This document shows positions 26,271 to 34,082 of a stretch of 64,000 bases of DNA, in pieces (the stretch's first letter is position 1; each line of letters starts with the position of its first letter). This stretch comes from Acidobacteriota bacterium (lineage in GTDB: Bacteria > Acidobacteriota > Blastocatellia > Pyrinomonadales > Pyrinomonadaceae), in NCBI GenBank assembly GCA_046733695.1, contig JBKPPU010000273.1, forward strand, positions 2,085 through 66,084. Direction: 5' to 3'. Below the pieces are notes generated by a model that made no database searches, was not told the origin of the DNA, and saw only the letters and a list, made by a program, of their open reading frames with translations. Both the position numbers and the translations under genes were made by a program.

Positions 26271-27662
26271 ATGGCTGACAGTGTCAAACTCTTCTATTCA
26301 TACTCCCATAAGGACGTCGAGCTTCGTAATGAACTGGACAAGTACCTGATGATTCTGAAGAGAACCGGAATCATCGATTGCTGGCATGACCGGCAGATCA
26401 CGGCTGGAGCGGAATGGAAAGGCAACATCGATGCTGAGCTCAATTCCGCTGACGTCATCCTGCTTCTCATCAGCGCGGACTTTTTCTACTCCGATTACTG
26501 TTATGACGTCGAACTCTCCCGGGCCATGCAGAGACATGAACGAGGCGAAGCAGTTGTCATTCCCGTGATTCTGCGTCCCTTCCCCTGGAAAAAAGCCTCC
26601 TTCAGTAAACTGCAAGCACTACCTACGGACGGAGCACCGGTAACAACCTGGCCCCAAGGAAAGGACGCCGCTTTTACAGACATTTCAGAAGGCATAGAGA
26701 AGGTTGTGAATGAGATTCTCAGAAAGCGAAAGTCTCCATTGCGCACAACCAAGCCCGCGGTTTATCTGGCCGAGACGACTAATGAGCGTCGCATGCAAGA
26801 CTATCGGGACGGAATTGCGGCTGAACTGAAAGCATATGGTTACCCAGTTGTTCCTGTTCCAAATGTCGACCTACCTGATGAATCACCCCAGTATGAAGAA
26901 GAGATCCGGCGTTATCTAAAAGGTGTAAAAGTCTCGGTCCATCCAATTGGAAATAAGTACGGCAGAATCATTGCGGGAACAAACGACACGTCGGCTGTGA
27001 AGCTGCAAAACATGATTGCAGAGGAACTTCGCAGGCAAGGACGGCTAGAGAGTCTTATATGGATTCCGCCAGAGGTGGCAGCAGAAGGCGATCGGCAAAT
27101 TGCTTTTCAGAGATATCTCGAGACTGATCCGCAAGCACAACTGAATGCTGAGTTATCACGCAAGCCGTTTGAATCCGTCAAAGATCGCATCATTGATAAG
27201 TTGAAGAAATACGATCGGCTGCCATTCCAGCACAGCTCCGCAGCAACGAAGAGCGTCTATCTGATGTGTGAGCAAAGGGACAAGCAGTTGGTGGCCGCAG
27301 TCAAAGACATTATTTACCGTAATGGCTTTGAAGTATTTTTGCCGCCCAGCGTGACTGACCAGGGACCCGCCGCTACCTTTCATGAGCGATGCCTGACATC
27401 GTGTGACGCAACCTTGATTTATTACGGAGCGCCCAACGATGACTGGGTGAGTCTCATGATCCTGGATATACGAGATGCGCCCACCCGACGTGTGCGTGGT
27501 GACTTCGTTTGCAAAGCTCTCTTTCTTGCCGAACCCCACGTTAATTATCAAACCCACACCGCCGAAATATTGAAGTATGACGGAAAGTCTCTTGAGAACT
27601 CGTTGATGCCGTTTATTGAATGCCTTCAAGGAAAGAGCCCGAATGGAGGCGCGTTGCAATGA
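26271..27662 (+). CDS. TIR domain protein with two additional tandem alpha/beta (TIR-like/flavodoxin-like) modules
   Basis: AGGAGG-N8-ATG at 26271. The N-terminal TIR_2-type pattern is KLFYSYSHKDVELRNEL...ADVILLLISADFFYSDYCYDVEL...VVIPVILRP. The C-terminal ~300 aa has two segments, each opening with VYL (AVYLAETTNERR..., SVYLMCEQRDKQ...). Confidence 0.8.
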   Translation: MADSVKLFYSYSHKDVELRNELDKYLMILKRTGIIDCWHDRQITAGAEWKGNIDAELNSADVILLLISADFFYSDYCYDVELSRAMQRHERGEAVVIPVILRPFPWKKASFSKLQALPTDGAPVTTWPQGKDAAFTDISEGIEKVVNEILRKRKSPLRTTKPAVYLAETTNERRMQDYRDGIAAELKAYGYPVVPVPNVDLPDESPQYEEEIRRYLKGVKVSVHPIGNKYGRIIAGTNDTSAVKLQNMIAEELRRQGRLESLIWIPPEVAAEGDRQIAFQRYLETDPQAQLNAELSRKPFESVKDRIIDKLKKYDRLPFQHSSAATKSVYLMCEQRDKQLVAAVKDIIYRNGFEVFLPPSVTDQGPAATFHERCLTSCDATLIYYGAPNDDWVSLMILDIRDAPTRRVRGDFVCKALFLAEPHVNYQTHTAEILKYDGKSLENSLMPFIECLQGKSPNGGALQ

Positions 27663-30600
27663 AACAAGATCGTACCAATCCCTTTCCGGGATTACGCCCT
27701 TTTGACGTTGATGAAGATGAGCTGTTCTTCGGCCGGTCTCATCAAACTGATGAGCTTCTGTCTCGGTTAAGGCAATCGCGCTTCACAGCAGTAATTGGCA
27801 CTTCCGGCAGTGGCAAGTCGTCGTTGGTACGTGCCGGATTGCTACCGGCTTTGAAACGTGGACTGATGGCGGCAGCCGGTTCGCGTTGGCGCGTCGCACT
27901 CTTTCGACCGATCAACGATCCGATTGGAAACTTGACTCGGGCACTCAAGAGAGAAGGAGTGTTTGTCGATGCAATAGCCGACGACCAGCAGCTTTCGTTC
28001 ATTGATAGCACCCTGCGTAGCAGTTCGTTGGGATTAGTTGAACTGCTACGACAGTCACGGATGAAAGCAGACGAGAATCTGCTGATAGTGGTCGATCAGT
28101 TTGAAGAACTGTTTCGCTTTGAGGAGACCTTTACTTGCGAGAACCCGGCCGACGAAGCCCTGGCGTTCGTCAAGTTATTATTGGCAGCTACCACGCGGCA
28201 GCGTGAAGTGCCAATTTATCTTGTACTGACGATGCGTTCGGATTATCTGGGAGAAAGTGCGAGGTTTCGTGGGTTGCCGGAAGCAATCAATGAGGGGCAA
28301 TACCTGGTCCCGCGGATGAACGATGACGAACGGCGCCAGGCTATTACCGCTCCGGTTGCGGTCGCCAAAGGCCAAATTAGCGAACCGCTGGTTAACCGGC
28401 TGCTCAATGATGTAGGCGATGATCCAGGCAAGTTGCCATTACTGCAACATGCTCTGATGCGAACCTGGGAAAACTGGGAGAACGACGGGAGAGCCGGCGG
28501 TGCCCCGCTGAGTATCTCAAATTACGCGGCAATCGGTGGTCTTTCGGGCTCTCTCTCCAAACACGCCAACGATATTTATGACGAATTGTCTGAAGGACAG
28601 CAATTAGTTGCCGAAAGAGTTTTCAAAGCCTTGACCGCGAAAGGACCGGATGGACGAGGCGTTCGTACACCGCGCACCTTTGGGGAACTCTGCGCTATCG
28701 CCACCGTCGCTGGATCAAGTGCCAAAACAATCGAGCCTGACGTTCGAGCCGTTATTGATTCCTTTCGCGGCGAGGGGCGCTCGTTCCTGATGCCGCCGCC
28801 CAGGGATGTGGAAAATCCCGACCGGATAATCCCGCTGACCGCAGACACTCTGATCGACATCTCGCATGAGAGTTTGATCCTGGGTTGGGATAGGTTGCAG
28901 CAGTGGGTTGAAGATGAAGCAGACGCGGCACGCATGTATCAGCGTTTGTCAGAGCACGCCGTGCTTTTTGACAAGGGCATTGAAAAGCGTTTGAGTCCAC
29001 CGGCATTGCCTGTTTTTCTGAGATGGCGTGACGAGACTCACCCGAATACCGCTTGGGGTCGTCGTTACTTTAATCCAGCCTGGAGTTCGCTTTTCAAGGA
29101 GGGGGGATCGAAAACCAGCGAATATGATACGGAATTTGATCGTGCAGATGCTTTCCTCGATGAGAGTAACGATGCATATGAGGCTGAGTTGGCCGTAAAA
29201 GAAAAGGCCGCAAAGCAACGCGTAAGAAGACTGGTCTATATCGCAGTGTCATTCGCATTGCTTTTCCTCTTGGCTACGGTTTTTGCTGGTGTGGCCGTCG
29301 CGCAGTGGAGAAAGGCTCAATCCGCTCTGCAACGAGCTGAAGCCGCGGAAGCTGTGACGAAACAGCAGAAGGAGGAGGCTGAGAGACAAAGGGCATTGGC
29401 TGTAGAAGGAAGATTAGAGGCCGAAAAACAAAGTGCGCTGGCTGAAGCACAAGCAAACGAGGCTGTGAGACAAAAAGCAGACGCTGTGACTCAAAGAGAA
29501 CTGGCGCGGAGAGCAGAGAGTCAGGCCGTTGCAGCTAAAGCGGAAGCCGTGAAGGATCGCAACGCTGCGGAAATGTCAGCGCAGGTAGCATCGGTGGCCC
29601 AGAAGAAGGCCCAAGACGCGCTCGCGGAGGCTCAAACGAGCAAAGAGGAAGCTTTGACACAAAAAGAGGAAGCAGAAACGCTCCGGGACCTAGCTGAATC
29701 CGCTACTGCTACAGCCAACGAACAAAAGCAGCGGGCTACCGAACAGCGCATCCGTGCCAACTCGGAGTTCCAAAAAGCAGACGAAACGTTGATTACGTTG
29801 CGAAACATAGATAATCAGACTCGACACCTCAATGCTATCAATCGCAAGAACGACCCTATCAGCACAGCTGTTTTCGCGGACAGTGAACATGCATTTATCA
29901 GCAGTGGAAATGATGCAGCTCTATTTGAGCGGCGCTCGGGCTCGTGGGAATTCAAAGAGTCCGATTTTCGTGATGTTCCTCGCCTCGTCTACAAACTCCA
30001 GACTGAGTCTAATCTCGCGGCTCATATGCAAGACGTGCTTCCTTCCGAAACCGAAGACCGAATAGGAAAATTCGGAGGTGCTGAAAAACCCGATCAGTCG
30101 CTTATTACTTCACTCGTCAGCGGTTTTAATACTGCGCTGAAGAATTCGACTCTGTATAAGAAGTCCGCCTTTCGCTACGTTAAGCTACGACCAGAAACAC
30201 AAGCTCTTCTCGATAAATTCAATCAAGATCAAGGCTCGGTAAACCTGGCCCAGCTCAATCGTATGTTACTTGAGGATGCTTATCCATTAGAGATTGCGCA
30301 GGTGAACCACTTTAATGAGGCCCAGAAGTTTCCGAGTCACTATGTTTTTGCCCTCGACACTAACTTTAAGCGGGTTGCGGCGAAATCTCAGGACAGGGAG
30401 ATCGATATTTTCGATTCAGCGGGAAAACAGATCGGAACGAAGACGAATGACTATCTATTCATTGACTCTGTCGATTTTAGCCCGCAAGGCAATTACATCT
30501 GGTCGCTAGCCCGCGAAGACGTTGAGAAGCGTGAGAATTATCAAATTCTGATCTGGAAAAACGATGAAAAAGACGATGAGCCAAGACGTTTGGACTTTAC

Positions 30601-31459
30601 CAAACCGATTAACCGCGCAGTCATGAACCATAACGAAACACAGATTGCGATAAACTTTTCCTCATCCACTGAGATTCAGTTGTGGGATATCAAAAACAAA
30701 ACAAAGATTCGTTCTCTGACAGGAACAGAAAAATTATCGGCTGGCGATTTCCTACCGACTAACGATTCCGGCAACGCTGAGAAAACCGATCTGATTACGC
30801 ACATCGCTTACAGCAACGACGGAAAATATATCGTCGCAACTTTCAAAAACCACAGAAACCTGCGTCTGTGGGATGCAACGACGGGAGAACTGCTCCACGA
30901 CATGGACGGGCACCATTGTCAGGTTAACAGTGCAGAGTTCAGCAACGACGACACTCTGATTGTCAGCGCGGGCGAAGACGGCGCGGCCTTTGTTTGGGAC
31001 CGAAAAAGCGGGCGCGTTAAGCACGAATTACGTGGCCACCTAGGATTGATGATTAGGCACGTGCGAAAGGGATTCCGAGCCTGGTTCCCGCCGATACCGT
31101 TCCCGCTAGATCTCGATCTACAAAGTCGAGAGGGCGCGTTCGTGCCTCTGAATAGCGCAAAGTTTAACCACGACGGTACCAAAGTGGTAACGGCTAGCGT
31201 CGATGGTCGCATTGCGCTGTGGACATGGAAGAAGAATGACCCCTTCGCGGTGAAATCTCTTGAGCTGAAGGGTTACACGGGAAGCGTGCTCAATGCAGAG
31301 TTCAGTCCGGACGATGAATTTGTGATTGCCGGTGGTCAGGATGGAGCTGCTCGAATCTGGCGTGTCCCAAAGCCTCTTTCTGACAAGAGCCCGGCGGCTA
31401 AATCGTGCAAGGATGCGAGCGAAATCCGATCAGCTAAACACGACAGTGATATGCAATAA
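27659..31459 (+). CDS. STAND-class P-loop NTPase (nSTAND-like) + single TM helix + long coiled coil + WD40 beta-propeller
   Basis: The start overlaps the TIR gene stop in an ATGA, preceded by GGAGG. Motifs include NPFPGLRPFDVDEDELFFGR, Walker A GTSGSGKSSLVRAGLLPAL, Walker B LLIVVDQFEELF, MRSDYLG and LPLLQHAL. The TM helix is LVYIAVSFALLFLLATVFAGVAVA. An A/E/Q/K-rich coiled coil of about 160 aa follows. C-terminal WD40 signatures are LRLWDATTGELLHDMDGH, SAGEDGAAFVWD, SVDGRIALW and GGQDGAARIWRV. Confidence 0.85.
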   Translation: MKQDRTNPFPGLRPFDVDEDELFFGRSHQTDELLSRLRQSRFTAVIGTSGSGKSSLVRAGLLPALKRGLMAAAGSRWRVALFRPINDPIGNLTRALKREGVFVDAIADDQQLSFIDSTLRSSSLGLVELLRQSRMKADENLLIVVDQFEELFRFEETFTCENPADEALAFVKLLLAATTRQREVPIYLVLTMRSDYLGESARFRGLPEAINEGQYLVPRMNDDERRQAITAPVAVAKGQISEPLVNRLLNDVGDDPGKLPLLQHALMRTWENWENDGRAGGAPLSISNYAAIGGLSGSLSKHANDIYDELSEGQQLVAERVFKALTAKGPDGRGVRTPRTFGELCAIATVAGSSAKTIEPDVRAVIDSFRGEGRSFLMPPPRDVENPDRIIPLTADTLIDISHESLILGWDRLQQWVEDEADAARMYQRLSEHAVLFDKGIEKRLSPPALPVFLRWRDETHPNTAWGRRYFNPAWSSLFKEGGSKTSEYDTEFDRADAFLDESNDAYEAELAVKEKAAKQRVRRLVYIAVSFALLFLLATVFAGVAVAQWRKAQSALQRAEAAEAVTKQQKEEAERQRALAVEGRLEAEKQSALAEAQANEAVRQKADAVTQRELARRAESQAVAAKAEAVKDRNAAEMSAQVASVAQKKAQDALAEAQTSKEEALTQKEEAETLRDLAESATATANEQKQRATEQRIRANSEFQKADETLITLRNIDNQTRHLNAINRKNDPISTAVFADSEHAFISSGNDAALFERRSGSWEFKESDFRDVPRLVYKLQTESNLAAHMQDVLPSETEDRIGKFGGAEKPDQSLITSLVSGFNTALKNSTLYKKSAFRYVKLRPETQALLDKFNQDQGSVNLAQLNRMLLEDAYPLEIAQVNHFNEAQKFPSHYVFALDTNFKRVAAKSQDREIDIFDSAGKQIGTKTNDYLFIDSVDFSPQGNYIWSLAREDVEKRENYQILIWKNDEKDDEPRRLDFTKPINRAVMNHNETQIAINFSSSTEIQLWDIKNKTKIRSLTGTEKLSAGDFLPTNDSGNAEKTDLITHIAYSNDGKYIVATFKNHRNLRLWDATTGELLHDMDGHHCQVNSAEFSNDDTLIVSAGEDGAAFVWDRKSGRVKHELRGHLGLMIRHVRKGFRAWFPPIPFPLDLDLQSREGAFVPLNSAKFNHDGTKVVTASVDGRIALWTWKKNDPFAVKSLELKGYTGSVLNAEFSPDDEFVIAGGQDGAARIWRVPKPLSDKSPAAKSCKDASEIRSAKHDSDMQ

Positions 31460-31544
31460 CGTCTCGTTAATGACTGCGCACTCTGAATTACATTGGTAGT
31501 CGTGGAGGGGAGCTCAGGTCGAAGACCCTCAGGTCTTAAAAACC

Positions 31545-32309
31545 TCAAGCGCTTGCAGACTGCGCATATCGCAAGCGACGTTGTCGAAGAATTTCAACGA
31601 TCGCGAACGCGGTCTCTTCCATCCGTTCGTGGCATATTGTGTCCAACCTCTCAGCCTCATCTTCCCATGCAGGCGACACGGATCCATGACGATACAAATG
31701 ATTATTGACTCGCTCCGAGGCATGAAACGCACTCCCACAAGGTCTCCAGTCAAATAACGGTGTCGGTGGTGATCGCTGCATTTCCAGTGGAACAGTCATC
31801 TCGCCCTTCAAAACAATTGGCACAATCGCGCCACCCGGTTCCCGAGGGGGCGGGTTGGTTCTACGCCAGTGCCGCATTTGAGATTTGAAGTCAAGACACC
31901 TCCACCAACCAGGACGCTGAGGACGTTGGTCTCGGAGTTCGGGAATCGGGGCCTCGCGACATAAGTCGAACCATGGTCGAAACTCTTTGGAAAGCATCGT
32001 ACTGAACTCGAATTTGCACCAACGTGACCCAAAATATTCAGGTGATAGAAACGCCAGTAGGACTTCACTCTCTTCGATCGCGAACGTGAGGGATCTTATA
32101 AGTTCAAAATCAGAGAACCAAGGTCTACTCAAATAATGAAGCGTATACCCGTCATAGAATATCGGTGGCTCTCCGATCGTTTGTGCTATGACAGGACGAA
32201 GAACTGTTTGCAAAAAGTGGTCAACCAGCGGTTTGATTATCTGTACCTCGTTTTCGCGGGTGGTGTAGCTCACGAATACGTGGAACCGTTCAGGTGGATG
32301 AGTAGTCAT
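31545..32309 (-). CDS. TIR domain protein (second, divergent copy with inserted segments)
   Basis: FHVFVSYTTRENE..., EVLLAFLSPEYFGSRWCKFEF (TIR WCxxE-type motif) and IVPIVLKG. 254 aa, convergent with the STAND gene. Confidence 0.7.
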   Translation of the reverse strand: MTTHPPERFHVFVSYTTRENEVQIIKPLVDHFLQTVLRPVIAQTIGEPPIFYDGYTLHYLSRPWFSDFELIRSLTFAIEESEVLLAFLSPEYFGSRWCKFEFSTMLSKEFRPWFDLCREAPIPELRDQRPQRPGWWRCLDFKSQMRHWRRTNPPPREPGGAIVPIVLKGEMTVPLEMQRSPPTPLFDWRPCGSAFHASERVNNHLYRHGSVSPAWEDEAERLDTICHERMEETAFAIVEILRQRRLRYAQSASA

Positions 32310-32336
32310 TCTACGAGAGTACGCAGCATCGGGGAC

Positions 32337-32904
32337 TCAAGGTGAGACATTGAAGGAGATCGTCGCCGTAGTCTTGCCGCCGAAATAGTTGCTTGCTTGT
32401 CCTGTCAACGTCCCGCTGCCTGAAGTGAAGATCCAGCCGGCCTGACATTCCATCTTAAAATCCACATCGTAGAGCAGGAAGATGCTCGTCAATACATTTC
32501 CATTGGAATCAGGCGCGAGGTTCTGAGTCATTGGAGCAAGCGTCGCATTTTTGTTCTGTGCGATGTTCTCACCGCCCGGCGGCGCCTTGCAGGTCCAGAC
32601 CAGCTCGCCGCTGCCGGCGGATGGATTAATCTGGATTTGCTTCACACCTTCAGGATCGTTGGCTTTCAACGTAATCCGATATTTTTCACCGCGCTTGACG
32701 TTGATCGTCGGATTACCGTTATGGTCGGACTGCGCGTTGGTGGCGTAGTTAAAAACGTTCCAGATAAGTGAAGGTGGCGTGGAATCCGATTTGGGCAATC
32801 TTCACACCTTTCTGGCAGCTCGCAATGACCAGACAGATCACAACCATGAAGAAGCAACCTAATCGCCATCTCGGCGCCAGTCTCATGTAAGCCTTAGTTG
32901 ACAT
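32337..32904 (-). pseudogene. Putative lipoprotein whose signal peptide and mature part are in different frames (or a TTG-initiated 153-aa ORF)
   Basis: Frame A (from ATG 32904 or 32886) encodes M..RLAPRWRLGCFFMVVICLVIASC with lipobox IASC, and stops at 32749. Frame B (32798-32337) encodes a 153-aa beta-rich protein. Frame B is closed by TGA just upstream of 32798, so a 1-nt shift near 32791-32803 would be required. Confidence 0.4.
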
Positions 32905-32924
32905 TGCCTGACCTCTATTTTGCG

Positions 32925-33257
32925 TTACTTCAATTCGCCTGGCCGATAGCCACAATGAACGCACCTCATTGCGAATGCGTTCTGGTACCACCACTTCCGA
33001 TAGAAATTCTTATTGCAACGCGGGCACTTCCAATTTAGTCGCCAGATGCCTGTTGCGACGATGCCCAGGAACCAGGCTGTGCTCAAAATCTGAGCCACAC
33101 CCTCAGAATTCAACCACCGGCCGAGGGGAACAGCAACATACAAGATCGCAAAAAACCCGCTGAGGGCGAGACTCCAAAACACAAGGTTTCGCTTGCGATA
33201 TTCCCAAAGCGCCTCCTGCCTCGCAATCATTGAGTCCATATCTCCTTTAAATCTCAT
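32925..33257 (-). CDS. Small membrane protein with two TM helices and a C-terminal CxxC...CxxC zinc ribbon
   Basis: LVFWSLALSGFFAILYVAV and TAWFLGIVATGIW hydrophobic segments, then KCPRCNKNFYRKWWYQNAFAMRCVHCGY. The start is ambiguous (33257, 33239 or 33230); the ORF-track start at 33341 is unlikely. Confidence 0.55.
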   Translation of the reverse strand: MRFKGDMDSMIARQEALWEYRKRNLVFWSLALSGFFAILYVAVPLGRWLNSEGVAQILSTAWFLGIVATGIWRLNWKCPRCNKNFYRKWWYQNAFAMRCVHCGYRPGELK

Positions 33258-33404
33258 GTGCGAAAATTGAAGCACACCTGCCTTCCGTGGACCAAGCCCA
33301 TATATGCCACGAATGAACAAAGTCAGCGTGACACCACACACTACGTTCGAAATGATGTTACACTGTGCGCTAAATTGAATGCGGATTTAGCAACGGAGCA
33401 CGTT

Positions 33405-33698
33405 ATGAAACTTACGCGCGACATTCAGAGCCTTAGTACTTTCAAACGCGATACCGCGAAGATCGTTCGCCAGCTAAAGAAGACCGGGCAGCCAGTTGTT
33501 CTGACCGTTAATGGCAAAGCTGAACTTGTTGTACAGGACGCGGAAAGCTACCAAAAGCTCCTTGAAGCGCAGGATCGGATGGAAGCAATCGAGGGTATAA
33601 GGCGTGGATTGGAGAGCATGAAGCGGAATGCAGGGAAACCGGCAGAAAAATTCTTCCGGGAGTTTTTTGCTGAGAAAGGCATTTCGGAGCGGGAATGA
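33405..33698 (+). CDS. Type II antitoxin, Phd/YefM family
   Basis: GGAG-N6-ATG. The sequence MKLTRDIQSLSTFKRDTAKIVRQLKKTGQPVVLTVNGKAELVVQDAESYQKLLE is a classic Phd/YefM N-terminus. Confidence 0.8.
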   Translation: MKLTRDIQSLSTFKRDTAKIVRQLKKTGQPVVLTVNGKAELVVQDAESYQKLLEAQDRMEAIEGIRRGLESMKRNAGKPAEKFFREFFAEKGISERE

Positions 33699-33985
33699 AG
33701 CGTTACGCAGTTATCTTCGAGCTCTCTGCTCAGGCAGACGTCCGTGGATCTTATGAGTGGGGTTGCCGGGTTTGGGGAAAGAGAGAAGCGCAACGATGGG
33801 TCCGCGAATTACGGATAGCAATTTTCAGCCAGCTCAGCCTCGTGCCCAAGGGGTTTCCGATCGCGCCTGAGGACGACGAGTTCTCTGAACAGATTCGCCA
33901 GATGATTGTGGGCCGCTATCGTGTATTGTTCACAATCAGAAAGCACAAGGTTCACGTTCTTCACGTTAGAGGCGCTCACGTCTAA
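33695..33985 (+). CDS. Type II toxin, ParE/RelE superfamily
   Basis: ATGA overlap with the antitoxin. 96 aa ending ...IVGRYRVLFTIRKHKVHVLHVRGAH, typical of ParE/RelE-fold toxins. Confidence 0.75.
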   Translation: MKRYAVIFELSAQADVRGSYEWGCRVWGKREAQRWVRELRIAIFSQLSLVPKGFPIAPEDDEFSEQIRQMIVGRYRVLFTIRKHKVHVLHVRGAHV

Positions 33986-34020
33986 CGTAATTCATTCTGC
34001 AAAATTCGCTCACGTTTCCC

Positions 34021-34070
34021 TTGACAGTCTAGGGGAATACGGCTAGTCTTCTGCCCTAGATAATCTAGGG
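34021..34070 (+). promoter_or_regulatory. Promoter with overlapping palindromic operator upstream of padR
   Basis: TTGACA (34021-34026), 17 nt, TAGTCT (34044-34049). tctagggg (34028-34035) is inverted relative to ccctaga (34054-34060), and a further direct copy tctaggg lies at 34064-34070. Confidence 0.45.
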
Positions 34071-34082
34071 AAGGAACTCGAG

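Noticed and set aside
31460-31544. Looked for a terminator hairpin in the 85-nt spacer between the convergent STAND and TIR genes. A direct repeat ctcaggtc occurs twice.
   Set aside because: No convincing stem-loop with a U-tract on either strand, only a short direct repeat. This is insufficient to call a terminator.
32310-32336. atcggggactcaagg, resembling the tRNA-Gln T-arm (atcggggttcgag), considered as a possible attR direct repeat of the island.
   Set aside because: Only 7 contiguous matching bases followed by mismatches, which is consistent with chance. It also lies in the middle of the island rather than at a plausible border.
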